A stretch of DNA of 64,000 nucleotides from positions 32,001 through 96,000 of the IMG/VR virus record IMGVR_UViG_3300001567_000262; one strand, given 5' to 3'. The translations under genes were made by a program, and so were the position numbers. The notes below the pieces were generated by a model. That model did not search any database. It saw nothing but the letters and a program-made list of their open reading frames with translations, and was not told the origin of the DNA. This DNA is from a virus. This document shows positions 28,314 to 38,545 of this stretch, piece after piece. The stretch's first letter is position 1; each line of letters begins with the position of its first letter.

Positions 28314-28422
28314 CATAAAAATATTTTCATTCAAAGCGGTTTCCAGCTCCAGTATTTTGTTGTTTTCGACCGTTTCAGGCTCCAGAACGCAAGAACGCCA
28401 CAATGTTCATTGCGATCATATA

Positions 28423-28431
28423 TGGTATAAT
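28423..28431 (+). promoter_or_regulatory. Extended -10 promoter
   Basis: TGGTATAAT about 25 nt upstream of the 28457 start. Confidence 0.55.
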
Positions 28432-28456
28432 TCACACAGTGGATCTGTGATAGGAG

Positions 28457-29563
28457 ATGGCGGCGCTGAAAAACAAAAATTATTCTCATAATCGAACTCG
28501 ACTTCTTCTTATTAGAATCTCCTTACTGCTATTTTTGTTTGCGCCCGCCTTTGCGCTGATAACGTTCAAGGGGGACGCAAATACTCCACAGCTCGTAATG
28601 AGCGTTATTGATGTGGGGCAAGGCGATTCCATTCTCGTTGAATTTCCCAACGGGCAGGATATGTTGGTCGACGCTGGTCCACGAAGCGCCGGGCCGACTG
28701 TAGTGGATTATCTTCAAAAAAGAAACATCTCAAGAATCAACATTCTGGTGGCGACGCACCCGCACGAGGATCACATCGGCGGGATGATGAATGTTCTGGA
28801 CACGTTCCCGGTGGATAAGGCTTGGGACTCTGGGTACTCTCATGGATCGAAAACACAGGAGAACTTTCTTCAGGCGATAAAAGATAAAGGCATCAGATTT
28901 GGAATGCCCAAGGCCGGGTTCTCCCAGCAGGTCGGAGATGCGAAAATAGAAGTGCTGGCCCCGGTACGCGCTCTTTCCGGCACGAACAGCGACGCGAACA
29001 ATAACAGTGTCGTGATTCGCATATCCTATCAGCAAACCAGTTTTCTATTGACCGGCGACATGGAAAGCGAGGAGCGTTCGACCATCTCGTCATGGCCGAA
29101 AACAACAGTCTTAAAGGTTGCGCATCACGGGTCCAGAAACGGCACGGACAGATATTTTCTTTCCTCGTTATCGTCTAAGATGGCTGTCATATCGTGCGCC
29201 CAGGGAAACAGCTATGGACACCCCCACTCATCAACGATATCCGCGCTCATGAACGCCGGTATCAAAATCTATGACACAGAAGATGTCGGCACCGTTGTTC
29301 TTTCATCGGACGGGAAAACCGTTAACGTGAAAACACTCGGAGCGTCCTCTCACTCGTCATCATACGGGCCGTCGGGAAACAACAAGAGCAAGGAACAGCC
29401 GTCTCCAGGCGGCGCGGGAAACTACATCGGAAACAAGAACAGCAAAATATTTCATCGCCAGAGTTGCAGTTCGCTTCCAGCGGAAAAGAACCGTGTGTAT
29501 TTCAACACACGGGATGAGGCGATTTCACAGGGGTATCGGCCATGCAAAAGATGCAATCCATAA
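28457..29563 (+). CDS. Exported ComEC/Rec2-like metallo-beta-lactamase-fold hydrolase with C-terminal Ada-type metal-binding domain
   Basis: Signal/TM segment, IDVGQGDS, THPHEDH, LLTGD, LKVAHHGSRNG, NSYGHP; C-terminal YIGNKNSKIFHRQSC...GYRPCKRC. Confidence 0.88.
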   Translation: MAALKNKNYSHNRTRLLLIRISLLLFLFAPAFALITFKGDANTPQLVMSVIDVGQGDSILVEFPNGQDMLVDAGPRSAGPTVVDYLQKRNISRINILVATHPHEDHIGGMMNVLDTFPVDKAWDSGYSHGSKTQENFLQAIKDKGIRFGMPKAGFSQQVGDAKIEVLAPVRALSGTNSDANNNSVVIRISYQQTSFLLTGDMESEERSTISSWPKTTVLKVAHHGSRNGTDRYFLSSLSSKMAVISCAQGNSYGHPHSSTISALMNAGIKIYDTEDVGTVVLSSDGKTVNVKTLGASSHSSSYGPSGNNKSKEQPSPGGAGNYIGNKNSKIFHRQSCSSLPAEKNRVYFNTRDEAISQGYRPCKRCNP

Positions 29564-29775
29564 AAGGATTCGTAGACAGAATTGAAGAAACCACGGCGGT
29601 CGTCCTCCTCGGCGACGACGAGTCTGTGAAAGTTAATATCCCCGTTTCCTGGCTCCCAAAGGGTATCAAGGAAGGCACGGTCATCAATTTTGGTGTGTCG
29701 GTGGATGAAGACGCCATCAACGCCGGAAAAGGCCGAGTGCAATCTCTGCTCGATTCCATGTCCAACGAGCCCTGA
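29551..29775 (+). CDS. DUF3006-family protein
   Basis: VDRIEETTAVVLL...IPVSWLPKGIKEGTVI pattern; usual partner of ComEC-like MBL genes. Confidence 0.8.
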   Translation: MQSIKGFVDRIEETTAVVLLGDDESVKVNIPVSWLPKGIKEGTVINFGVSVDEDAINAGKGRVQSLLDSMSNEP

Positions 29776-30067
29776 ATCCTGCGGTCTTTACCCGCTTTCC
29801 CACCCATATTTTATCCTAACATTGAACAGACGGATTTCGGCGTATACGGCGTACTTTAACGCCCGTATTTGTACTGTTTTTAGTCCTCCAGATATGCTAA
29901 TATGGGCTATAATAGCGTTTAAGATTGCAATGCTTTAATATTCTCATTATTTTAACATTATTCTTAATATATTGGCTTGACTTAACCCGCCCCCTGCTCC
30001 AATATGTGTGTAGATTTAAAAAGCCCTGCAATCAAAGGCTTTTTCACGGAAACGGAGGCGGAAGACG

Positions 30068-30967
30068 ATGGATTTGAAAGACATCAGATTCGGGATCGAG
30101 ATCGAGACGGTAAGACAGACGCGGGAAAAGGTTGCGCGGGCCATCCAATCGGTGGTCGGCGGCACGGTGCTGCACACCGGAATGCCGCAATGCCACGACC
30201 CATGGGAGGTCACCGACGACCGCGGCCGCAAATGGAAAGTGGTGGCCGACGGGTCGCTCACCAACGTGGATGCAAAGTATCGGGCTGAAATCGTAAGCCC
30301 GATACTTGTTTACGGGGACATCGACCAGCTCCAGGAAGTGGTTCGGGCGGTCCGCGCGGCCGGAGCGCACACGAGCAGCCAGTGTGGCATCCACGTCCAC
30401 CTCGACGCGGATTCCTTCACCGCGAAATCCCTCGTCAACCTCGCAAAAATCGTCAACAAACAGGAAGACCTCATCGTAAAGGCCCTCGACGTAAACGAGC
30501 GGCGGTTGACCTCTTACGCGAAAAAGGTGAGCGGCGAGTTCATCGAGAAGATTGAAAAACGCAAACCGAAATCAAAAGACGAACTCAACAAGCTCTGGTA
30601 CGGCTACCAGAATCAAAGCCCGACGCACTACGATTCGACCCGCTACCGGGGATTAAACCTTCACAACGTGTGGTATCGCGGGACGGTCGAGTTCCGCTAT
30701 TTCAACGGAACGCTCCACGCCGGAAAAATCAAATCATACATTCAGTTCTGTCTCGCGCTCGGCGCAAAAGCCATCAACAGCAACGCGGCGAGCAGCCGCA
30801 AACGCGACCTGAATCCAATAAACAGCAAATACGATTTCCGGGTGTTCCTGCTCGGGCTCGGACTCATCGGCGACGAGTTCAAGACGGCACGGCAGCACCT
30901 GCTCGCAAACCTCGAGGGCGACAGCGCATTCAAGAACGGACGTCCACAAACAGAACAGGTGGCATGA
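30068..30967 (+). CDS. Amidoligase family protein (COOH-NH2 ligase type 2)
   Basis: [47 protein letters not shown] motifs. Confidence 0.9.
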   Translation: MDLKDIRFGIEIETVRQTREKVARAIQSVVGGTVLHTGMPQCHDPWEVTDDRGRKWKVVADGSLTNVDAKYRAEIVSPILVYGDIDQLQEVVRAVRAAGAHTSSQCGIHVHLDADSFTAKSLVNLAKIVNKQEDLIVKALDVNERRLTSYAKKVSGEFIEKIEKRKPKSKDELNKLWYGYQNQSPTHYDSTRYRGLNLHNVWYRGTVEFRYFNGTLHAGKIKSYIQFCLALGAKAINSNAASSRKRDLNPINSKYDFRVFLLGLGLIGDEFKTARQHLLANLEGDSAFKNGRPQTEQVA

Positions 30968-30980
30968 CGGAGGGCACGAA

Positions 30981-31205
30981 ATGAAAATCAGAGTGAAGTT
31001 CGGAAAGAACCCGTACAGCAACAGATTTGTCTGTGGACACTGCCAGGAGCCGTTCGAGCGCGGCGGATTCTTTATTCGGCTCGAGCATGGCGGACAGGTC
31101 GTCGACATACCGGTCTGTCCGCGATGCTGGGAATCGGGCGATCTCCTCGAAGGAATGATCGACCTGAGCGTCCATAATGCGTCACATCCGATTGGGTTGG
31201 CGTAA
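30981..31205 (+). CDS. Small protein with two CxxC motifs
   Basis: CGHC and CPRC; RBS GGAGGG. Confidence 0.6.
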   Translation: MKIRVKFGKNPYSNRFVCGHCQEPFERGGFFIRLEHGGQVVDIPVCPRCWESGDLLEGMIDLSVHNASHPIGLA

Positions 31206-31227
31206 ATTGCGAAAGGAGGCGGTTGCA

Positions 31228-31470
31228 ATGCGTATCGAACTGCGGGGCGGCGAGAAATTCAGCGGGTCGCCGATGAAAATCGTTACCCAGATGAAAGGCT
31301 CGACGATGTTTTCGGACGTGAAGACCATCCGTGAATACGTGGACATGGTGCTTCGCAACGCGAAGATGGTGGAGAACGTCGAACTGACGGTGAAGGGAAA
31401 CACGGACGAGGAACTCGCGCGGTCGCTCGTTTCCGAGTTGATCGAGCGCGGTCTTGCGAAGGAGGTATAG
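31228..31470 (+). CDS. Hypothetical protein
   Basis: RBS AGGAGG before ATG 31228; packed in the operon. Confidence 0.6.
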   Translation: MRIELRGGEKFSGSPMKIVTQMKGSTMFSDVKTIREYVDMVLRNAKMVENVELTVKGNTDEELARSLVSELIERGLAKEV

Positions 31471-31472
31471 GC

Positions 31473-31688
31473 ATGGACGACGATCCCATCGGAAAAATCG
31501 ACCGTTTCATCACCGAGGAAAATTGCTACATGGTGATGGGACAGTTCCGGCGACTTGGTGTCCTGACGAAAGCGGACGTTCACAAAGCCATGGGCATGAA
31601 CCGGGTTGCGTGGATTAATTTCATGAAGGAGAAAGTCGGAATCCCCGGGCCGGAAATCAAAGCGAAAGGAGAACGGAATGTCGAATAA
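31473..31688 (+). CDS. Hypothetical protein
   Basis: 71 aa, GGAGGT RBS, tightly packed. Confidence 0.55.
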   Translation: MDDDPIGKIDRFITEENCYMVMGQFRRLGVLTKADVHKAMGMNRVAWINFMKEKVGIPGPEIKAKGERNVE

Positions 31689-32118
31689 GAAAAAGCGGAA
31701 CGCGCCGCATGATGACGCACCGCGATATGCGGGACTGAATCCGATAATTGTCATCAATGAGCCCGAAGAATCGCTTTACGTGATTGCGGATTTCTCACTT
31801 CCGAGCACTCTACGCATGCGCCGCATCATGTCTAAGAAATTAGCAAACGGAAATATCGATGCCGTTATATATGAAGGGATTGTCGGTCCGGACAGAACAT
31901 GCAAAAAGAAATTCAACCTTCTGTACATGAATGATGTGCCGAAAGAGAAGTTCTGGAATGCGGTAAAGGCTCTCCAATTTCTATATCAGGCCGCAGGCGG
32001 CATCAGTGAAATCAGAAACTACGAAGGGAAAAACATGCGCCAGGCGGCTAATTTGATGCGCCAGCTTGATAACGCTCAGGTTTGGATGGAGCCGAAAGAA
32101 AAAGAACATAACCTTTGA
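31678..32118 (+). CDS. Hypothetical protein
   Basis: 146 aa, overlaps the upstream ORF; no motif recognised. Confidence 0.55.
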   Translation: MSNKKKRNAPHDDAPRYAGLNPIIVINEPEESLYVIADFSLPSTLRMRRIMSKKLANGNIDAVIYEGIVGPDRTCKKKFNLLYMNDVPKEKFWNAVKALQFLYQAAGGISEIRNYEGKNMRQAANLMRQLDNAQVWMEPKEKEHNL

Positions 32119-32131
32119 TGGAGTGGCAAAA

Positions 32132-32929
32132 ATGTGTGGATTGACAGGTGTCTTGATTGGCAACAAACGCCGCCGTAAAACGGAACTCGAAGAAATCGGT
32201 TGCATCTTTACCGAGCTTCTTTTGCTGAATCAGTCTCGCGGAAAAGACGCCGCCGGTCTCGCGATGATTCGGCGCGACGGCACGTACTCGCTTTGCAAGC
32301 GACCGGGACCTGCGGCGAAACTGGTGAACGAAGACAAATATGCTGAAGTCCTCGGGCGGCTCGACAACGGGACGACCTGCATCCTCGGGCACACCCGCTG
32401 GAAGACGCGCGGCACGGAAGCGAACAGCTTGAACAACCAGCCGATCCGCGCCGGCGCGGTCATCGGGACACACAACGGGACGATTCTCAACGCGGACCGG
32501 CTTTTCAAAAGATACCGGCTGCGCCGTACCGCCGAGACCGACAGCGAGTTCATCTTCCGGCTTGCGGACAAAAAGGAAAGCATCGAGGACTTCACGGTTT
32601 GCGTCAGGGACGTCCGTGGCGGTATGTCCGCCGTTTTCTCGCGCACATCGGCACCTGATACGGTTCTGGCAATCAAGGGCAACAAGCCGCTGACGCTGTG
32701 GTATCACAAAGGTTTCCGGGCCATGTTCTACTCGTCCGAGGAATGGCCACTCATGCGGGTCATCGGGGAAAGCCGGGACGCCATCCCGCTGGAAGTCGCG
32801 CCGTACACGTTATCGGCATTCAACGTCGGTGACCTGATGGACTTCCGCCAGTGCGACCTCTATTTCAAAGGAAGGATGAGGAATTATTCATCATGGGGAT
32901 ACGACATATTTTCGTCTACGGAACTTTGA
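32132..32929 (+). CDS. Class II glutamine amidotransferase (Ntn) domain protein
   Basis: N-terminal MCG nucleophile, RGKDAAG, GHTRWKTRG, NNQP, HNGTILN, ETDSE. Confidence 0.9.
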   Translation: MCGLTGVLIGNKRRRKTELEEIGCIFTELLLLNQSRGKDAAGLAMIRRDGTYSLCKRPGPAAKLVNEDKYAEVLGRLDNGTTCILGHTRWKTRGTEANSLNNQPIRAGAVIGTHNGTILNADRLFKRYRLRRTAETDSEFIFRLADKKESIEDFTVCVRDVRGGMSAVFSRTSAPDTVLAIKGNKPLTLWYHKGFRAMFYSSEEWPLMRVIGESRDAIPLEVAPYTLSAFNVGDLMDFRQCDLYFKGRMRNYSSWGYDIFSSTEL

Positions 32930-33297
32930 TGCGAGGCATGTCGAATCACGACCGATTCTGCAAGGACGTTCTAACCATCGAGCCCGCTGTCACAACCGGT
33001 CGGCTTTACCATCTTCCTTATGGATTCCCTGCGATGTTCGACGCGCCGGTCGGACAGGTTTTCGGAGAGGTCATGACCTTCCCTGATATCCGAAAAACGC
33101 TCGAACACCTCGACCATCTGGAGGGATATCGTCCGGGCGGCGGTCGAAGTCACTATATCAGAATTGAGAAAACCGCGACAATTCTGAACGGCGGGGGTAT
33201 GGTGTCCGCTTGGGTTTATGTGTATCCAAAAGACAGGCTGCGACTCGATTTCAAACGAGTCACAGATGGGTGCTGGGGTGACTTTGTTTTCACATAG
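32893..33297 (+). CDS. Gamma-glutamylcyclotransferase (AIG2-like)
   Basis: FVYGTLMRG, VFGEV, LDHLEGY, AWVYVY motifs. Confidence 0.9.
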   Translation: MGIRHIFVYGTLMRGMSNHDRFCKDVLTIEPAVTTGRLYHLPYGFPAMFDAPVGQVFGEVMTFPDIRKTLEHLDHLEGYRPGGGRSHYIRIEKTATILNGGGMVSAWVYVYPKDRLRLDFKRVTDGCWGDFVFT

Positions 33298-33321
33298 AAG
33301 GTCTAAGCTTCTTAAAAGGGA

Positions 33322-35643
33322 TCAATCGATGATGTCGCTAATTAACGTGTCAAAACGAACAAAGAATTCCTTTGGACCGCTGGTAATCTTAAAAGAATTT
33401 GTGAGAACTTCTGGTACCGGTACGAAGATACGCCTCTTTGTGATCAATGTAGTCGTAGCAAACATATCGCCCCCAATCATTCCATCTTCAATTGGAGAGC
33501 GAAGCTCAATATCGTAATATAAGCTGATCCGACCAGTACTCTCGGTAAAAATATACACAACTCTGTGTCCACCCCAAATAATGCGCGTCGTGTGTGGTAT
33601 GCGAAAAAAATCGGCTTCAGTTCTCATTAGTTTGTCAGACAATCCAAGAAGCATCTTGAAGTTGTTCAGTTGTGGATATGATTCTTCTGTTGTAAGAATC
33701 TTCATGTCCGAATCTATCTCGTCCCTAACAATCGGCGGACTTGGGGCATATTCCACCCCTTCTGCGGGAGGTTGCACTGCTGGCGACTGGACTACGTCTA
33801 ATACAACACTTTCGATTGTTCCTACTTGGTCACGCGACACGGTTTGATTTTGTGGTGTTGTTGTTGCACGCGCAGTTCTTAATACTTCCGTTAGTGTAAC
33901 CGAGCCTAATAAGTATTCGCCGAGAACACTCTTGAATTCACCCTGATCGGCTTCTTCGTAGCGATATAACTCCCGATTTCGTTCTAACAATTTTTTTAGG
34001 GCGTCGACACCGTCACGTGTAGAAGATGGAACATACTGTTGGACACGCTGGTAGATATTTGTGCGCACGAAATCTTTCATGAAAGAACCAAATATATTCC
34101 ATTCTTTTTTATAGCATTCAATTAATGGTGGCAATAGTGGACTTGACCTGTCGATGTATAAGATCAAATGACCATCTGTATTTTTTGGCAGTACTGTCAC
34201 ACCATGCGAGATATCGGAAAATATCGCCTCTACATTAGGAATCAGGTAGTCGTCACGCAAAATTGAAGCGACGCGCACAATTACAGCAGCCTCACCATAG
34301 TCAAGTTCAGTCCCCTTGTACTCTCGAGTTACTTGCGCCGAATCCGGCACCTGTGGCATCATGAGTATATTTGTCAAATAGTGCAATTGAACAGTGCGAC
34401 GTGGTTGTGCTTGAGCCACATGAAACAGATAAGCTGTCTCACTAGCAAACGTTTCTAATATATGCCTATCCTGCCCCATGTAATAATGAGTTATTACGTC
34501 GCCAATACGGGATGCAATTTGACCTAGAGGCACACCAATATCATCAGGGAGCATTCTGGCTGTTACATTATATGCGAGATCATATTTATTGTGGGCTCGC
34601 ATCCAATCCAAGAAGCTATTGTTCTTATCTGCGTGCTCAGTAGGTGCTAACAATTCGCTAACAGCACGTTCGGCAAGCTGAATAAGACGAGTTACCTGGT
34701 CAATGCTGTCCCTGTTTACTGCTTCTCGGCCTGCTGTTGGCTGCAAGAATGACAGGTTGGCAATGCCACCAAACTGAAAGTGGCCTGCTGCCGGGATTGG
34801 GGCTAATCCGAATAACGACCTGTATCCCATCAACTGTCCTCCGGCCTGTACCAAAATCATGCTGCCTTCGATTGCGACATCCCCCAATTTCACATTTGAA
34901 ACACTGATAAGCACTTGTCCATTTTGATCCGCTTCTGCTTTGAATGATGCGGCAAACAGATTGTCAGCTAATTCCATATTACCAAGTTCAGTGAATGATC
35001 TGCCAGAAAGAGGCAATCTACTTTCAAGGGTTGCTCCACTTATGCATATGTCATTTAGAAAAACTGGCACAGGAAGTATGCTTACATATGGATCAAGATA
35101 ACTTTTTGCCTGTTCTATTGATATGCGATGTTGTGGGTCAAGACATGCTGTTACACATGTGCCTATCGGCTGACTATCAGAAATGCGTTCGAGCGAAATG
35201 CATTCTTCTGCTATCTTCAACGTATCTCGATCTGCAATACTTACGAGTGTATCAGAACTATCCTCTGTACGGGTCTGGACAGTAAGTCTACTACACACTC
35301 CAAAGTTTGCCATTGCACCAATACCAAATGTTCCGACAACGCCTGCATGTCTTGCTTCTTCAGACTGCTTGCCACTGGAGCCTGCCTTCCAGAAATTCCC
35401 CCTTAATACTTCCTCATTCATTCCTATTCCATTGTCTCGGATTGAAATGATATCGCCGTTAATTGTGACGTCGATTCGCCCTTCACTTAAAGAACAATTA
35501 GCAGGAATCAGTCGCATTCGAATTGCGTCATATGCATTTTGCAGGTTCTCGCGTAAGAGTGCCATTGGAGAATCATATATTTCGCGAGCAAGGATTTGCA
35601 GTATCCTTGTGGTTTCGACTTGGAAGACAATACCACTGTTCAT
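33322..35643 (-). CDS. HSP90-like (GHKL) ATPase, multi-domain
   Basis: LRENLQNAYDA (N box), IRDNGIGM (G1), GTFGIG (G2); about 550 aa of unrecognised C-terminal sequence. Confidence 0.85.
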   Translation of the reverse strand: MNSGIVFQVETTRILQILAREIYDSPMALLRENLQNAYDAIRMRLIPANCSLSEGRIDVTINGDIISIRDNGIGMNEEVLRGNFWKAGSSGKQSEEARHAGVVGTFGIGAMANFGVCSRLTVQTRTEDSSDTLVSIADRDTLKIAEECISLERISDSQPIGTCVTACLDPQHRISIEQAKSYLDPYVSILPVPVFLNDICISGATLESRLPLSGRSFTELGNMELADNLFAASFKAEADQNGQVLISVSNVKLGDVAIEGSMILVQAGGQLMGYRSLFGLAPIPAAGHFQFGGIANLSFLQPTAGREAVNRDSIDQVTRLIQLAERAVSELLAPTEHADKNNSFLDWMRAHNKYDLAYNVTARMLPDDIGVPLGQIASRIGDVITHYYMGQDRHILETFASETAYLFHVAQAQPRRTVQLHYLTNILMMPQVPDSAQVTREYKGTELDYGEAAVIVRVASILRDDYLIPNVEAIFSDISHGVTVLPKNTDGHLILYIDRSSPLLPPLIECYKKEWNIFGSFMKDFVRTNIYQRVQQYVPSSTRDGVDALKKLLERNRELYRYEEADQGEFKSVLGEYLLGSVTLTEVLRTARATTTPQNQTVSRDQVGTIESVVLDVVQSPAVQPPAEGVEYAPSPPIVRDEIDSDMKILTTEESYPQLNNFKMLLGLSDKLMRTEADFFRIPHTTRIIWGGHRVVYIFTESTGRISLYYDIELRSPIEDGMIGGDMFATTTLITKRRIFVPVPEVLTNSFKITSGPKEFFVRFDTLISDIID

Positions 35644-37100
35644 CGTATCCGCCTTTCTTGCATTCTCCGCACAATATCGCGGATGCTCGCATCACTACTG
35701 CTCTTAATAAAATCAAGGCTCATAAATGATGATACTTGTTCCGGGGTTCCGACCTCAATCATTGCTCCCCCAATCATTACTGCCTCGGCAGGTGTGGTTG
35801 GTGGCCATAACATGTCAATTGTCTCGTTATAATCTCCAAGTTCGAATAGGGCTTTAGTTATCATGGGCCGTGCAAGTGGCACGTAAGCAATGGTTTGCAG
35901 GATATGAAGAGCCATGTCCCATTGGTGTAAACCTATATGTTTTTCCGCTTGTTCGAGTGCGAGTGAAATATCCAAAGCTTGTGATCGGGTTGTGTTTGGC
36001 GGACAAATCTTGAAATCCATATAAGACATGTTCGTTTCGTTAAACTGGCCTGGCCCCCAAATAGGTAGATCAAAATCATTATTAACCATCTTGCGTTGAT
36101 GAACTCTTCCCTCCCAACTTTCAGTGTCGATCTCGATAATGTTATAGCATCTTGGATTCCCCGGAGCGAGACCATGTGGACCCGAGCACAAAGTTCCAGT
36201 TCCAATTACCGTTATTTTTCTTCCGCTCGTTCCAATGCGATTGCGCTCATCAATACAATAAGACTTATGTTGATGACCATGAAGTCCAATAGACACGTCA
36301 GCATCAACCAAAACCTGTAAAATATCCATTCCCAAATAATCGTCCTCATATGGCATACCAGACAAGCTGTGGTGCCATGTAGATACTATCAAGTGACCAG
36401 TATGATGCGGCTCTCTAAACAAAGGAAGCGCTTCTGCAATACAAGATGGATGAAAAGCTGCAACACGACGAAGGGGATCGTTATTAAAGCAACTATTCAA
36501 CATAAGCACGCTCAGTTGCAATTCTGGGAAGGTGAAGACATCAAACTGTTTTTTCGGGTCAATCGAAAATGTCCGATGATTCTGATAGAATCGCCTGTAA
36601 GTTTCAGCAAAGCCAGAAAGTCGTTGATTATAGGCATCTTCGTTCTCAATACGAAAGAAACACAGTTCATCCCAAGACCATCGCAATTTTGATTTGGGCT
36701 TAAACAATTCTTTAACAAGTTCTTGTTTCTCGCGAACATCGTTGGGAATATCAATTTTAGAGGTGCTTCTCATTACGGCGTCATAACATACATCGTGGTT
36801 GCCTGGAACAAGAATAACTTTCGCTCTGTTTCCTCCAAAGCACTGATCAGTTAATCTTTCTAAAAAATCCTCAGCTTGATTGTACTGACGTATTAGCTCA
36901 TCTGAGGGATTAGAGGAATCTGGGCGTACACCGTAGATGAGGTCTCCACTCACTATGCAGACAACAGGTATTTCGATACATGGTTTTTGACCATCATATC
37001 TTCTTATATCCTTTGCGATAGACTCAACGAGAACGGTATTACAGATCTCGTTCTCAATATCTCGGTGAAGATCAGATATATGAAGTATTGCGTACCGCAA
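35640..37100 (-). CDS. Calcineurin-like metallophosphoesterase with helical C-terminal extension
   Basis: HISDLH, SGDL, PGNHD, WHH and HGHQH motifs; TTG start with AGGAG RBS; ATGA overlap with the ATPase gene. Confidence 0.88.
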   Translation of the reverse strand: MRYAILHISDLHRDIENEICNTVLVESIAKDIRRYDGQKPCIEIPVVCIVSGDLIYGVRPDSSNPSDELIRQYNQAEDFLERLTDQCFGGNRAKVILVPGNHDVCYDAVMRSTSKIDIPNDVREKQELVKELFKPKSKLRWSWDELCFFRIENEDAYNQRLSGFAETYRRFYQNHRTFSIDPKKQFDVFTFPELQLSVLMLNSCFNNDPLRRVAAFHPSCIAEALPLFREPHHTGHLIVSTWHHSLSGMPYEDDYLGMDILQVLVDADVSIGLHGHQHKSYCIDERNRIGTSGRKITVIGTGTLCSGPHGLAPGNPRCYNIIEIDTESWEGRVHQRKMVNNDFDLPIWGPGQFNETNMSYMDFKICPPNTTRSQALDISLALEQAEKHIGLHQWDMALHILQTIAYVPLARPMITKALFELGDYNETIDMLWPPTTPAEAVMIGGAMIEVGTPEQVSSFMSLDFIKSSSDASIRDIVRRMQERRIR

Positions 37101-37357
37101 TTAGATCTCCTGTTTTTTCTCGGTTGTCAGCACATTGAATTTCTCTCTATCGATACATGTCATTTAATACGATAATAATGGCAACCGTTTACATTTAATT
37201 CTATAGGATCACAAATTGACGAGCAATAGACTGTCGCATCTAAGTCGGAAAATTCAAAAAGACAAATCAATCGACTGGGGTTGCTCATTGCCATCCCATT
37301 CACCCATCAAAGAAAGGAAATGCGACATATGCGAAAGGGAGCCATATCGGACAGGGA

Positions 37358-38092
37358 TCAAGTTGGTTTCTTCTTTTCCTTCTCCCGTATGTCCCACCTA
37401 TGAAGGGTATTGAAATACCCGGAGACGTTTTCAATCATTTGCCGGGCATCCTCCCTTGTGAATTTCTTGCCCGTTTTTTTCTCCCAGAAATCAATGGTCT
37501 CCTGGATAAAATCATTGTCCACATTCACATTAGATGCCGTCGGCACTTTTTTTGTTTTTGACACAGGCTTCGCCTGATTGGTAACAGGCGCCTTCTTCTT
37601 TTCATCCCCATTTTGAGGAACCACCACGGCATTTTCGGCCGCTTCCTGCTCTTTGAGCTTTTTCATCGCCTCGCGATCCAAGTCCCTAAGGATGCATTCA
37701 GCCATGATGTCGATAACCCGCTTCTTGCGCTCTTCGTAATCTTCCGTGGGCACGTAGACGATTTCCACTTTCAAATCACCCGGCCTGTATTTGTTCCTGT
37801 GGCGGTGGGGTTTGGTCGTGGCGGTTTCTGGCGAAGCTTCTGATCCAGTGTCCGAGGGCCGGACATCTTGCGTCACATCGGAAACCGTGGAATCAGATGT
37901 TGAATCATCTTTTTTTTTATTTTTCGGGGCTGCGACGGTTGAGTCTGATGGCAATTTTTCAGGGATTTTTGCTTTACAGTCCGAGAGGACATCGCGAGAG
38001 TTGTTAACTGCTGATTTTTCACTAATGAAATCGGTTTGGTTCGAGTCCGGCCCGGGGAGTTCTTCGAACGAGTCAAACTCTAAAACAGACAA
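37358..38092 (-). CDS. Hypothetical protein, divergent from the recombinase
   Basis: 244 aa ORF with low-complexity linkers and two compact charged segments; true start uncertain. Confidence 0.45.
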   Translation of the reverse strand: MSVLEFDSFEELPGPDSNQTDFISEKSAVNNSRDVLSDCKAKIPEKLPSDSTVAAPKNKKKDDSTSDSTVSDVTQDVRPSDTGSEASPETATTKPHRHRNKYRPGDLKVEIVYVPTEDYEERKKRVIDIMAECILRDLDREAMKKLKEQEAAENAVVVPQNGDEKKKAPVTNQAKPVSKTKKVPTASNVNVDNDFIQETIDFWEKKTGKKFTREDARQMIENVSGYFNTLHRWDIREKEKKKPT

Positions 38093-38545
38093 TTAGGGTG
38101 GCTCGGTTGAAAACGAAAGTTTAACGCGTGCACGATTGCAAAATGCTAAAAAACCTTTTGTTAATCGGCTTCATTGCAAACTGCGTTATTGTTATTGCGC
38201 AACCGCCTTCTTTTCAAAACTCCTATTTAGCTCGCTCTTGTCAGTTCGTGAATTTCTGTTTTTCAACGACCAAGCACTCTCAAACTCTAAAAATCTGAAA
38301 GAGAAAAATACCCGCTGGTTAACAGCCCGTGTTAACAGAAACGAGACTTTCTCATCTTTCACATTAAATCAAAACAGTCCATCCTCTGAGCCAACGGGCG
38401 AAAATTATTGTTTTTCCGATTTCTTACAGAATGTGACGAAAACATTTTACTCAAGGTTTTCTCCTGTCGCACCCAGAGGCTTATCATAATAAACGACAAC
38501 GATAAAAAGCCAGAAGAGAAATCTTCCTCACAAAAACAATATTAC

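Noticed and set aside
38030-38060. GGTTCGAGTCC resembling a tRNA T-loop (possible att site)
   Set aside because: The T-stem pairs poorly, no acceptor, D or anticodon arms are visible, and it lies within a coding frame.
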